NCBI GenBank assembly: GCA_964291405.2
Contig: OZ219926.1
Location: 608,001-672,000, forward strand
Direction of reading: 5' to 3'
Length of the DNA: 64,000 nt
Source of the DNA: Thermodesulfobacteriota bacterium
GTDB lineage: Bacteria; Desulfobacterota; Binatia; Bin18
Shown in pieces: positions 33,346 to 42,814 of this stretch. The translations under genes were made by a program, and so were the position numbers. Every line of letters starts with the position of its first letter. The stretch's first letter is position 1. The notes beneath the pieces were generated by a model. The model was not told where the DNA came from. It saw nothing but the letters and a program-made list of their open reading frames with translations, and searched no databases.

Positions 33346-33675
33346 CTAGCCTTGCAAGCTATCGACTGCTTCGATGTCGATCGACGAAAAATTCTGATAA
33401 ATCCCGAGCACAATGGCCAAACCAATCACCGCTTCGGCAGCCGCTAGCATAATCACGAAAATCGCAAACACCTGGCCATCGTAATTACCGGAAGAAAAAT
33501 GTGAAAAGGCAATATAGTTAATGTTTGCGGAGTTCAGGATCAACTCTACGCCCAGAAGAATCCCGATGGCATTCTTCCGGGTGAGGACACAATAGAGGCC
33601 GAGCACAAAAACAATCAGACTGACAAACAGAAAATGTCGTAGCCCTATATCGAGCAGTAGTCCATCCATAATCAT
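33346..33675 (-). CDS. nuoK: NADH-quinone oxidoreductase subunit K
   Basis: GVELILN, AAAEAVIGLA; start may be ATG 33669. Confidence 0.95.
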   Translation of the reverse strand: MIMDGLLLDIGLRHFLFVSLIVFVLGLYCVLTRKNAIGILLGVELILNSANINYIAFSHFSSGNYDGQVFAIFVIMLAAAEAVIGLAIVLGIYQNFSSIDIEAVDSLQG

Positions 33676-33770
33676 TCGTAGCGTGTGGAGGGTCGTCCCG
33701 TCTTAAATGGGAGGAGGAAAAAAATCAAGGGAGGGCGTCGAGGGAGATCACCGAGCTTGGACTCGGCCAT
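33672..33770 (-). CDS. Candidate 32-aa micro-ORF bridging nuoJ and nuoK
   Basis: MAESKLGDLPRRPPLIFFLLPFKTGRPSTRYE; TAATG overlap with nuoJ stop and ATGA overlap with nuoK start. Confidence 0.3.
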   Translation of the reverse strand: MAESKLGDLPRRPPLIFFLLPFKTGRPSTRYE

Positions 33771-34285
33771 TATCCGTCGGCCATGGGCCCACGCAGTTCC
33801 TTACGTGACACAACAACTGCCCCAATCAGCGCAACGAGCAATACGACTGAAGCGAGCTCGAATGGCAAGATATACGGCCCAAGAAAAGCCTCTCCAATAC
33901 CAAATGTCGTCGGCTCGACCATAGGTTCAGCATGCTGCACCCATTCGGCCGCTCCAATACAGACCCCCATGATGGTCCCGACAACGCCAAGAATCAATGC
34001 AGCGGGAATACGTCCGACCGTCCGGTTCGAGACATCGACATCAGCGATCCGATGGGTGAGCATCACCGCAAAAAGGATGAGCACGAGAATACCACCAATG
34101 TAGAGCATGACCTGAATCACCGCGACAAAGTCGGCGGCTAACAGCGCGTACAAGCCGGCCACCCCCATGAATGTCCCCAACAGAGCAAAAGCAGAATAGA
34201 CCAAGTTATGAGAGAGCGCGACGATGAGAGCCGACCCTATGGTCAAAACGGCCAGCAGATAGAAAACCAACGCTTCCAAAGGCAT
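33770..34285 (-). CDS. nuoJ: NADH-quinone oxidoreductase subunit J
   Basis: QVMLYIGGILVLILFAVML, PFELASVVLL. Confidence 0.95.
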   Translation of the reverse strand: MPLEALVFYLLAVLTIGSALIVALSHNLVYSAFALLGTFMGVAGLYALLAADFVAVIQVMLYIGGILVLILFAVMLTHRIADVDVSNRTVGRIPAALILGVVGTIMGVCIGAAEWVQHAEPMVEPTTFGIGEAFLGPYILPFELASVVLLVALIGAVVVSRKELRGPMADG

Positions 34286-34308
34286 TGCCAGATCTCCTCA
34301 TCCGCAAC

Positions 34309-34890
34309 TTATGAGGCGGCCTCTTCCTGTTCTTTTGCATATTTCTTCATATCAACGGGCTCTGCCCATTCCGCCAAAAATTCCATGCCACGGTCCAAGA
34401 TCGGCGCAATCAACGGATCAGTCTCCTCCCCTTTCTTCGCCTTATACGCCAATACAGGGTCCTTTACGAAACGGCGGATCATACTTTCCAGTGAGTAATC
34501 CGCCCCTTCAAACTCGGTCGTATGATGGATCGATCCGGTGGGGCAAACCTCGCTGCACAGACCACAGTACATACATTTGGCGATATCGATATCAAAACGG
34601 CTCAGGAGCATCGCCCGCGTCGCTTTGTCCTTTGGCGCGTCAATCACAATACAGTCAATCGGACACGCTCGCTCGCACGCCAGACAGCCAGTACAAATCT
34701 CTAGGTCAACTTCAAGAATACCTCGATAGCGCAGGGGAAGCGTATCTTGGACGCGGACCGCAGTCCGGTCTGGATACTGAATAGTATATGGCTTGCGGAC
34801 GAAGTGAGACATAGTGACACTCATCCCTTCGAAAATCGTAGCTGCCGCATCTTTTGCGTGCTTCAGATATTGGCCAATACTATTCGCCAT
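34309..34890 (-). CDS. nuoI: NADH-quinone oxidoreductase subunit I
   Basis: Two CxxCxxCxxxCP [4Fe-4S] motifs; TIQYP. Confidence 0.95.
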   Translation of the reverse strand: MANSIGQYLKHAKDAAATIFEGMSVTMSHFVRKPYTIQYPDRTAVRVQDTLPLRYRGILEVDLEICTGCLACERACPIDCIVIDAPKDKATRAMLLSRFDIDIAKCMYCGLCSEVCPTGSIHHTTEFEGADYSLESMIRRFVKDPVLAYKAKKGEETDPLIAPILDRGMEFLAEWAEPVDMKKYAKEQEEAAS

Positions 34891-34913
34891 AGAGCGTTCC
34901 CCTAGCAGTCACT

Positions 34914-36104
34914 TTAGATTGCCGGATTAAAATAGAGTTCCGGCTTCGCCCGACGTAAATGGTACAGGACACGTCGGAAGAAGATGACAATAAGAGCCAG
35001 CGTACCGACAACCATGAGATACGGCACGAACGCATTGCCATCCGGCCAAATCACCATCCAGACCGCAGTCCCAACCAAATTCACAAATCCAAGCGGCACC
35101 AAATACTTCCAACACAACGACATCATCTGATCCACCCGGATACGAGGCAGGGTGGCACGTATCCACATGGCCAGGAACACCCAAAAATACGCCTTGAGGA
35201 AGAAGACCGCGAGTTGCGCGATATTCAACACAACCGTGTTATTTGTCCATCCGGTCGGGATCTGCCAGCCACCCAGGAATAACACGGCCATAATGGCACC
35301 CGTGACGTACAAGCTGCCCCACTCTGCCAAGAAGAAGAGGGCGAACCGGAAACCACTATATTCGGTCGCAAATCCAGCCACCAATTCCGATTCCGCTTCT
35401 GGAATATCAAAAGGCGTCCGGTTGGTTTCCGCCAGGGCGGAAATGTAAAAAGCAAAGGCAGCAATGAACGTAAACGGGCTATGGAAGAGGAACCAGTCCC
35501 AGGGTGCCCAGCCTTGGGCTTGGATGATTCCTTGCGTGCTCAGGGTTCCGGTCAGGAGCACAACGGGCAGCAATGCCAGTCCAGCGGGAATTTCATAACT
35601 CACGACCTGAGCAGCTGATCGAATGCCTCCCAACAGGGACCATTTATTATTCGATGCCCAGCCCGCCATGAGGACACCGACGGCAGAAAGCGCAACAATG
35701 GCCACAATATAGAGGAGCCCCACATTGAGGTCAGCAATAACGAGCGCACTGCTGAACGGAATGACAACAAAGGTCGCTAGAAATCCCCAAACCAGCAGAT
35801 AGGGCGCAAACACAAACAGCGGGCGGTCTGCGGCATCAGGAACCACGTCTTCCTTCAGGATATTTTTCACCCCATCGGCCAACCCTTGCAGGACGCCTTG
35901 AGGCCCAACTCGATTCGGCCCGACCCGCGACTGAATGCGCGACCAGACCCGCCGCTCAAGCCAGATAGTGATCGTCACCAGGGGTAAGACAAAGCCAAAG
36001 ACAACCAGGGAAGCAAACAGAAACATCATGGCGGGGTAGACCGCCTCCGCAGGGAGCCCGCCAAATACGCCGCTGGCAATTAGACCGTCAATAAAGCTCT
36101 GCAT
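34914..36104 (-). CDS. nuoH: NADH-quinone oxidoreductase subunit H
   Basis: ERR..Q.R.GPN, AETNRTPFDIPEAESELVAG. Confidence 0.97.
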   Translation of the reverse strand: MQSFIDGLIASGVFGGLPAEAVYPAMMFLFASLVVFGFVLPLVTITIWLERRVWSRIQSRVGPNRVGPQGVLQGLADGVKNILKEDVVPDAADRPLFVFAPYLLVWGFLATFVVIPFSSALVIADLNVGLLYIVAIVALSAVGVLMAGWASNNKWSLLGGIRSAAQVVSYEIPAGLALLPVVLLTGTLSTQGIIQAQGWAPWDWFLFHSPFTFIAAFAFYISALAETNRTPFDIPEAESELVAGFATEYSGFRFALFFLAEWGSLYVTGAIMAVLFLGGWQIPTGWTNNTVVLNIAQLAVFFLKAYFWVFLAMWIRATLPRIRVDQMMSLCWKYLVPLGFVNLVGTAVWMVIWPDGNAFVPYLMVVGTLALIVIFFRRVLYHLRRAKPELYFNPAI

Positions 36105-36131
36105 AGCGCCGCACTCGTACCGTATTTCCCG

Positions 36132-37286
36132 TTACCGGTCAACTTCGGGAGCCACCACATCGAGGCTGGCAATCAGCGCAATTAAGTCAGCAATCATAAT
36201 CCCACGACTGAGTTTGTCCACTATGCTCATCGCGGAAAATGACCCGGTCCTGATTTTTGTTCGATAAGGAAACTCACTTCCGTCACTGACCACATACCAG
36301 CCCATATCCCCCCGAGAGGCTTCGACGCGGACGTGCGCATCACCAACCGGCGGTTTGAGCTTCTTGGCCACTCGCGCCAGGACCGGCCCGTCAGGAATTA
36401 TCTCTAGGCATTGGCGGACGATTTTGCAGGATTCTTTTAATTCTTTAATCCGTACCATATAGCGGTCAAAGCAATCGCCCAGGGTACCGACTTCGCCGGT
36501 CCCGACAGGCACTTCAAAATCTAATTCCGGGTAAATCGAATAGGGCTCATCCCGGCGCACATCATACTGAAAACCGCAGCCGCGCAGATTTGGTCCAACC
36601 AAGTTGTAGTTAATCGCCTCTTCTTTGCTGACCGCAGCAACATTGGCTAAGCGTTCGACATAAATCTTATTGTAGGAAATCAGGTCGTTGTATTCGTCAA
36701 TAAGGGGTTCGAACTGGTCCAGGAATGCAGTCACCTGTTCAGTGTATCCGGGCGGTAAATCCCAGGCCACGCCGCCAATACGCATATAGTTAAAAGTCAA
36801 CCGCGCACCGCACAGGTCTTCAAGCAGATTGTTCACCTTCTCCCGCTCCCGAATCGCGTGCGTAAATGGGGTCATACCACCAATATCCATGACCATGGTC
36901 CCAACCGAGAGCAGGTGACTGGCGATCCGGCCTAATTCGCAAGCAATGACCCGACAAAACTCTCCCCGCCGAGGAACTTCAATCCCGGCCGCGCGCTCAC
37001 AGACCATGGCCCAGCCTTGGTTACACTGCATGGCCGATACATAATCGACGCGATCCGTATAGGGCATAAAGCCGTGATAACCGACCTTCTCGGATATCTT
37101 TTCTATGGAGCGATGCAGATAACCAATATCAGGAAGTGCCGTCCGCATGATTTCGCCATCCGCCTTGACCACAAAACGCAACACCCCATGCGTACTCGGA
37201 TGCTGGGGACCCATATTCAGGGTCATCTCTTCTGTTGCGAGACCGTCATCACGTTGGACTTCAAACTCATACCCTGCCAGGCTCAT
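36132..37286 (-). CDS. nuoD: NADH-quinone oxidoreductase subunit D
   Basis: [20 protein letters not shown]-terminal EVDR; no NiFe CxxC motifs. Confidence 0.96.
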   Translation of the reverse strand: MSLAGYEFEVQRDDGLATEEMTLNMGPQHPSTHGVLRFVVKADGEIMRTALPDIGYLHRSIEKISEKVGYHGFMPYTDRVDYVSAMQCNQGWAMVCERAAGIEVPRRGEFCRVIACELGRIASHLLSVGTMVMDIGGMTPFTHAIREREKVNNLLEDLCGARLTFNYMRIGGVAWDLPPGYTEQVTAFLDQFEPLIDEYNDLISYNKIYVERLANVAAVSKEEAINYNLVGPNLRGCGFQYDVRRDEPYSIYPELDFEVPVGTGEVGTLGDCFDRYMVRIKELKESCKIVRQCLEIIPDGPVLARVAKKLKPPVGDAHVRVEASRGDMGWYVVSDGSEFPYRTKIRTGSFSAMSIVDKLSRGIMIADLIALIASLDVVAPEVDR

Positions 37287-37361
37287 ATATGCCTCCCGCT
37301 TTGGGCTTGAAGAAAAAGGGCTAGAGAAACGACGAAGGTGGGGTAGAACACGGGTGTGAAC

Positions 37362-37856
37362 TTATTTCAGCAAGCTCTCTCGACGCGTGCTGATTCCATG
37401 GTACTCTTCAGGCTCGACAAAATCCTTGCGGAGCGGATGCCCGATCCAGTCTTCCGGCATTAATAAACGCCGCAAGTCCGGGTGTCCGGTGAAAACGACA
37501 CCAAGCAGGTCGTAGATCTCGCGTTCCAGCCAATTGGCAGCTTTCCAGATCGCTTCTACAGAAGGCATACTCGGCTCTTCGCGCGACACATTCACCTTGA
37601 TCACTATCGCGTGTCGATGGGAATAGGAATACAGGTGAAGAACCACTTGGATGTAGTCCTCTTTTAAGAAGTCCACACCAGACATATTCGTCAAACAGTC
37701 AAAGGCCAAATCCGGGTCGTCGTGAAGAAATCGACACACCTCCACGATGGAGTCCGGCTTGACGAGCATAAAAGGATCGAGGGCGTCAGCCGCAAAGGAT
37801 GTAACGGCGGCGGCGTACTGGTCTTGTAATCTTTGGTGTATCTCTGTGGGACTCAT
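37362..37856 (-). CDS. nuoC: NADH-quinone oxidoreductase subunit C
   Basis: ANWLEREIYDLLG..F.GHPDLRRLL, GHPLRKDF. Confidence 0.96.
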   Translation of the reverse strand: MSPTEIHQRLQDQYAAAVTSFAADALDPFMLVKPDSIVEVCRFLHDDPDLAFDCLTNMSGVDFLKEDYIQVVLHLYSYSHRHAIVIKVNVSREEPSMPSVEAIWKAANWLEREIYDLLGVVFTGHPDLRRLLMPEDWIGHPLRKDFVEPEEYHGISTRRESLLK

Positions 37857-37908
37857 AGTTCACACACTGCCGTGCTCTTCCTGATGTACCACTTGTCGTC
37901 CAGAGCCT

Positions 37909-38409
37909 TTAGGCTGCGGCTTGCGCAGAAGAGCCCTTCACCAACCAGCGCTCCTGCATCATTTTTTCTTGGAGTTTGAGCAGCCCCTCAGTCAGGGCTT
38001 CGGGACGAGGCGGGCAGCCGGGAACATAGACGTCAACGGGAATCACCTTATCGACACCATCGCAGACCGAGTACGCTAGCTGAAATAGCCCACCACAATT
38101 TGAGCAACTCCCCATAGAAATCACATATTTAGGATCGGGCATTTGATCGTAAAGGACTTTCGTCCGCAGCGCCATCTTCAATGTGAGCGTCCCGGCAATA
38201 ATCATCATATCGGACTGACGCGGGGTAGCCCGAGGAGCCGCCCCGAAACGCTCCAAATCCGCTCGGGGACCGCCGGTTTGCATCAGCTCAATAGCACAGC
38301 ACGCCAGACCGAAGAGCATGTACCATACAGATGATTTCCGCGTCCAATTGAGAACCTCATCAAGCTTGGTGGTAATCACCATCTCCGGCACACTATTGAT
38401 CAATGACAT
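37909..38409 (-). CDS. nuoB: NADH-quinone oxidoreductase subunit B (operon copy)
   Basis: [21 protein letters not shown]: four N2-cluster cysteines. Confidence 0.96.
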   Translation of the reverse strand: MSLINSVPEMVITTKLDEVLNWTRKSSVWYMLFGLACCAIELMQTGGPRADLERFGAAPRATPRQSDMMIIAGTLTLKMALRTKVLYDQMPDPKYVISMGSCSNCGGLFQLAYSVCDGVDKVIPVDVYVPGCPPRPEALTEGLLKLQEKMMQERWLVKGSSAQAAA

Positions 38410-38418
38410 GCTTCCTCC

Positions 38419-38859
38419 TCAGGCGGCTTTCGGCAATTCGGATTCTTTCGCTGCGGTCTGAGCTTCGGCTGCGGCTGGTTGCAGTCGCTTGAGCCATTCA
38501 AGGTCACGCTTAGCCCAGACATAGACCAGCCCCACGACAAGAATGCCCAGAAAGATTAAGATCTCGACGAGAGCAAAGAGCCCTTGCCCATTGAGCAACC
38601 AGTCACGAAAAGCCACGGCAACCGGGAAAATAAAGGCAACCTCGATTTCAAATATTACAAACACGAGGGCGATCAGGTAGAAACGAATATTAAAATTAAT
38701 CCAGGCACCCCCGGTAGGCGGCTCTCCACATTCATACGTGGTCAGCTTCTTTGCTTCTGGATTGTGCGGACGCAGCAGCTTTCCCAGCGCGAGATGGACG
38801 GCACAGAACGCAATGGCAAGAATGGAAAAAACGAGAACATTCCCAAGATTAAACAGCAC
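38419..38859 (-). CDS. nuoA: NADH-quinone oxidoreductase subunit A
   Basis: YECGE, FYLIALVFVIFEIE, three TM helices. Confidence 0.95.
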   Translation of the reverse strand: MLFNLGNVLVFSILAIAFCAVHLALGKLLRPHNPEAKKLTTYECGEPPTGGAWINFNIRFYLIALVFVIFEIEVAFIFPVAVAFRDWLLNGQGLFALVEILIFLGILVVGLVYVWAKRDLEWLKRLQPAAAEAQTAAKESELPKAA

Positions 38860-38929
38860 CGTACAAGCTCCTTCTATTCAACAGGCTTCTCCCAGGTTTC
38901 CATTCTCCCGTTTGGAAAGTAGGCCACCT

Positions 38930-39418
38930 TCAGAGCGATGGCTCAACAATATGATGACGAGCAGATTCTGTATACTCTCCCTGCCCGCGATGAGCAAGCT
39001 CTTCTCGCAACCCCACCCTGTGTGCGATTTGTCCAATGGAGACATTGGCCAGATACGACCCTAGCAATCGTTGAGCCTCCCCCCACACAGAAATCTGGTT
39101 ACACACCGGATGATAGCAGCAGGCATTCCCGTCTTCGTCGAGACATTCCATCAGTAATAGCGGTCCCTCCAAACACTCATATACCGCTCGCAAGCTGATG
39201 TCAGACGCGGGCTTCTTAAGCGTAAACCCGCCACGAGCCCCCATATAGGACTCGACCAATCCTCCAGTCGCAAGCTGTTTCATGATCTTCGACAGAAAGT
39301 GTGCAGGAATATCTTGTTTTGTCTGGATCTCCCGCCTTGGGACAATCCTGTCCTGAGGCTGGGCGGCAAGATAGGTCAGCGCACGCACGGCGTAGTCCAC
39401 CCGCCGTCCGATATTCAT
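38930..39418 (-). CDS. Rrf2-family (IscR/NsrR-like) Fe-S transcriptional regulator
   Basis: RVDYAVRAL start, wHTH with GARGGFTL wing, C-terminal C-x7-CC-x4-C; start trimmed to ATG 39418. Confidence 0.92.
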   Translation of the reverse strand: MNIGRRVDYAVRALTYLAAQPQDRIVPRREIQTKQDIPAHFLSKIMKQLATGGLVESYMGARGGFTLKKPASDISLRAVYECLEGPLLLMECLDEDGNACCYHPVCNQISVWGEAQRLLGSYLANVSIGQIAHRVGLREELAHRGQGEYTESARHHIVEPSL

Positions 39419-39494
39419 AAGAGAGCTACGCTCGGTTGATTTTGAAGGTGCTCCGGCACCCAGACGAGAGACCATAACTATTATTCCGTGACCT

Positions 39495-40025
39495 CTACAG
39501 TTCGGCTCCGCGGAATTTCTGCTTTTGGCTTTGAATTTTTCGCTGCAAAGCCATGAGGGCGTCCAAGACATTCTCAGGACGGGGCGGACAGCCCGGCACA
39601 TACACGTCAACAGGCACAATATGGTCGATACCCGCGACGGTGGTGTAGTTATCGTAAAATCCGCCGGTCGAAGCACAAGCCCCAAAAGCCATCACCCAAT
39701 TCGGCTCTGCCATCTGCTCGTATACACGTTTCAGGATGGGAGCCTGGCGGCATGTCACCGTTCCGATCACCATCAGTAAATCAGCTTGTCTAGGACTAAA
39801 CCGGGGCAGTAAAGCCCCAAAACGATCGATATCATACGGCGTCATCGACAGCGCCATATACTCCATGGCACAACACGCGGTTGCAAATGGATAAGGAAAA
39901 ATCGAATACTTCCGAGCCCAACCAATGGCTTTATCTAACTGGGTCAGAACAACCGCATCGCCCAGCAAGGCTTCTTCTCCGCCCTGGAGCCGTGTGGCTG
40001 TTACTTGCGTTGCGTTGTTTTCCAT
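39495..40025 (-). CDS. nuoB: NADH-quinone oxidoreductase subunit B, second paralog
   Basis: [26 protein letters not shown]. Confidence 0.93.
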   Translation of the reverse strand: MENNATQVTATRLQGGEEALLGDAVVLTQLDKAIGWARKYSIFPYPFATACCAMEYMALSMTPYDIDRFGALLPRFSPRQADLLMVIGTVTCRQAPILKRVYEQMAEPNWVMAFGACASTGGFYDNYTTVAGIDHIVPVDVYVPGCPPRPENVLDALMALQRKIQSQKQKFRGAEL

Positions 40026-40064
40026 ATCTTCCCCGTCTCGGTCCCGGTCTCGTTGCGCCCTTGT

Positions 40065-40466
40065 CTAGGCGGCATCCTTCTTGGTGGCGCCCTGGCCCCG
40101 CCAGTCCGCCACCGCTGCCTTGATCGCATCCTCCGCTAACACCGAACAGTGTATCTTCACCGGCGGTAACGCCAACTCCTCTACGATCTGGGTGTTCTTG
40201 ATCTCCCCTGCCTCCGCCACGGTCTTCCCCTTCACCAACTCCGTCACATAACTCGATGACGCGATCGCCGACCCACACCCAAAGGTCTTGAACTTCGCAT
40301 CTTCGATCACTTCGGTCTGCGGGTTGATCTTCAACTGCAACTTCATCACGTCCCCGCACTCCGGGGCGCCGACCACGCCGGTGCCCACGTTCGCTTCCTC
40401 GGCCTCGAAACTCCCCACGTTCCGCGGCCGCTCGTAATGCTCTATCACTCGCTCGGTGTATGCCAT
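40065..40466 (-). CDS. iscU: Fe-S cluster scaffold IscU
   Basis: GAPECGD, KTFGCGSAIASS, LPPVKIHCS (HscA-binding motif). Confidence 0.97.
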   Translation of the reverse strand: MAYTERVIEHYERPRNVGSFEAEEANVGTGVVGAPECGDVMKLQLKINPQTEVIEDAKFKTFGCGSAIASSSYVTELVKGKTVAEAGEIKNTQIVEELALPPVKIHCSVLAEDAIKAAVADWRGQGATKKDAA

Positions 40467-40531
40467 CGCTCGCTTCTCCTTGTAAATAAAAAGCCGTTAT
40501 ACAGGAAGTCTCTCGATCATTGGTCGCCCTG

Positions 40532-40561
40532 ATGATAGAGTTCTAGAGTCCAACTTGTCAA
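40532..40561 (-). promoter_or_regulatory. Promoter upstream of iscU with embedded putative Rrf2 operator
   Basis: TTGACA-AGTTGGACTCTAGAACTC-TATCAT; spacer aligns with the operator at 44322. Confidence 0.65.
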
Positions 40562-40624
40562 CCGTTCCGCTGTGAGAAGAATGCCGTACAGCTTCTTTTC
40601 CGACAATAGCTCAATGCCATGGCT

Positions 40625-41344
40625 CTACCATTTTTCATATTTCACCGCCTGACGCTCGTATCCGGCTCCACGGAGGAGGTCTCTCAATAGCAGAACGGGC
40701 CGCCCTATCCCGCAGATATAAAACCGTCGGCTGTACTGTCTCACCTCTTTTACAAAATGCTGCTCGACGTAAGGCAAAAGCCCCTTCTCTATTGAATACT
40801 CCTCCGGTTCACATGCGGCGACGAGCGGCCGAAAGGAAAAATGAGCGCACTGGCGCTCCCACCCGTGCCACTCGGCAGCGTACAGCAAGTCTCCTGCCCG
40901 TGGCGCAGCATACAGCAAGCGGGCGGTGAGCTTCCCCCTCGCAGTCAGGAGGCGGGTAATCATAGGCCGAAAAGGCACGACGCCAACCCGGTCGGCAATA
41001 AAAATGTATTCGGCGTCCGTTGGCTGGTCGAGGACAAAGTTTCCCCATGGGCCGGTAAAGCAAAGGACGTCAGCTTCTTTCCGGCTGAAGAGATAGGATG
41101 AACCGGGACCACCATCAATCTGATTCAAACAAATCTCAAAACATTCCTCTTCCTCTGGCAGGGAAGCAATCGTGTATGCCCGGGTGAGCGTCTCGCCACC
41201 GACCGGGAGCAAAAACGAGAGGAATTGGCCCGGCAGAAATGAGAGTTTCTGGCCACTCGCAACCCGGAGAAAAAAAGAGCGAGTGTCCGGGGTTCGTTCA
41301 ATAATCTTTTCGATAGTTGCGGTAAGGGTCGGCGAGGAAGACAT
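40625..41344 (-). CDS. FAD-binding oxidoreductase, ferredoxin-NADP+ reductase-like
   Basis: PGQF, RAYTIAS, GPGSSYL, GPWGNF, YICG, aromatic C-terminus YEKW. Confidence 0.85.
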   Translation of the reverse strand: MSSSPTLTATIEKIIERTPDTRSFFLRVASGQKLSFLPGQFLSFLLPVGGETLTRAYTIASLPEEEECFEICLNQIDGGPGSSYLFSRKEADVLCFTGPWGNFVLDQPTDAEYIFIADRVGVVPFRPMITRLLTARGKLTARLLYAAPRAGDLLYAAEWHGWERQCAHFSFRPLVAACEPEEYSIEKGLLPYVEQHFVKEVRQYSRRFYICGIGRPVLLLRDLLRGAGYERQAVKYEKW

Positions 41345-41362
41345 GCGCGCGGCTACTCTCCA

Positions 41363-41716
41363 TTAGACCTGTTGGTTAATGGTGTGGCGAGGAATACGGA
41401 TTTTCACTTCACCTTCAGTCATAACCGCTTGGCAGCCTAGCCGCGACGTTGACACCAAACCAGGCGCCTTGTCGAGCATATCGTCTTCTTCCTCTTCGTT
41501 CTCAGTCAAATGTGCCATACCTTGGGTGACAATCACATGGCAGGTTGTGCAGGCACAATTACCGCCGCAGGCGTGTTCGAGTTCAACACCATGGCCGAGT
41601 AAGATATCGAGGATGGAACCCGGCTCTCCGTCGTGGTGAAAAGGCGCCTGAGACGGATCAAACTCAATCACCTGTTCGGGATTCCCGTTTTCAAACGAGA
41701 CGTATAGCTTTGCCAT
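41363..41716 (-). CDS. fdx: [2Fe-2S] ferredoxin, ISC/adrenodoxin type
   Basis: HACGGNCACTTCHV...SRLGCQ. Confidence 0.92.
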   Translation of the reverse strand: MAKLYVSFENGNPEQVIEFDPSQAPFHHDGEPGSILDILLGHGVELEHACGGNCACTTCHVIVTQGMAHLTENEEEEDDMLDKAPGLVSTSRLGCQAVMTEGEVKIRIPRHTINQQV

Positions 41717-41736
41717 ACCGATGGACGGAGATTGCC

Positions 41737-42804
41737 CTATTGGAGAGTCTCAGGGCGGACCGACGGGGTTTCGACTTGCTTCAGCACCTGTTGGGCAATC
41801 TCAAGAAAAGTCTGACTTTGCGGGTGGCCAGGCTGGGCGATCACCAGCGGTATGCCCGCATCTCCTCCGGCAACAATCTCGTGGACGAGAGGAACCTGGC
41901 CGAGGAAGGGCAGGTGAAACCGTTCGGCCATTTTCACTCCGCTGCCGTGAGAAAAAATATGCGCTTCGTGCCCACAGGAACGGCAAATCAGGTAGCTCAT
42001 ATTCTCGATCACGCCTAAGACTGGAACGGAGACTTCCTCGAACATCTTGATACCGCGCCGCGCATCAAGCAGCGCCACATCCTGGGGCGTTGTCACGATA
42101 ACCCCGCCGGAGAGCGGGACCTTTTGCACCATGGTCAACTGGGCATCACCGGTGCCGGGCGGCAGGTCAACAACCAGCACGTCCAATTCTCCCCACTCGA
42201 CCTTAGTGATAAACTCGGTCAGCAGCTTGTCGATCATCGGTCCGCGCCAAATGACAGCGTGACCATCTGGAATCAGGAAGCCCATAGACATGATCTGCAT
42301 GTCGTATTTGGCAACTGGGATCAATCGTTTATCTTCCGTACTCTTGGGCTTCTCGGTAATGCCCAGCATGAGTGGGATACTCGGTCCATAAACGTCGGCG
42401 TCCATCACTCCAACCCGCTGGCCTGTTCGCGCCAGCGCGGTTGCCAGGTTCACCGAAACCGTTGATTTTCCAACCCCACCCTTGCCGCTGGCCACCGCGA
42501 TCACATGCCGCACCCCTGGGATCCCAGGCTTGGACTGGGGCGTGGGTTGTGGGGCGGCCGGCTGCTGGATGGAAATCTCTACAGGCAGTTGAACGAGCGG
42601 GCTCAGCGTTTCAATCACCCGCTGTCGAATGTTTGCGATGACCTCCGCATTGCCGGTTGAAGGGGCGAGCTCTACCGTTACCGCCGCGCCGCCGACTGCA
42701 ATGTCCTTGACCACGCCGAAGGCGACAATATCCCGGCTAAAGCCGGGATATTTGACCTGTTTGAGCGCTTCTAATAATTCCTGGGGTGTTGGTGGTGTTG
42801 ACAT
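41737..42804 (-). CDS. Mrp/ApbC/NBP35 Fe-S carrier ATPase (paralog 2)
   Basis: N-terminal DUF59-like domain, SGKGGVGKS, DADVYGPS, WRGP, DLPPGTGD, CRSC. Confidence 0.94.
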   Translation of the reverse strand: MSTPPTPQELLEALKQVKYPGFSRDIVAFGVVKDIAVGGAAVTVELAPSTGNAEVIANIRQRVIETLSPLVQLPVEISIQQPAAPQPTPQSKPGIPGVRHVIAVASGKGGVGKSTVSVNLATALARTGQRVGVMDADVYGPSIPLMLGITEKPKSTEDKRLIPVAKYDMQIMSMGFLIPDGHAVIWRGPMIDKLLTEFITKVEWGELDVLVVDLPPGTGDAQLTMVQKVPLSGGVIVTTPQDVALLDARRGIKMFEEVSVPVLGVIENMSYLICRSCGHEAHIFSHGSGVKMAERFHLPFLGQVPLVHEIVAGGDAGIPLVIAQPGHPQSQTFLEIAQQVLKQVETPSVRPETLQ

Positions 42805-42814
42805 AGCTGCGCCT

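Noticed and set aside
36132-38409. Group 4 [NiFe]-hydrogenase interpretation of the N-less complex
   Set aside because: Large subunit lacks both Ni-binding CxxC motifs and has NuoD quinone-site motifs; nuoA, J, K present
38930-39685. 251-aa extended Rrf2 or a NuoB-Rrf2 fusion
   Set aside because: Extension overlaps nuoB2 in another frame; nuoB2 has its own stop at 39495
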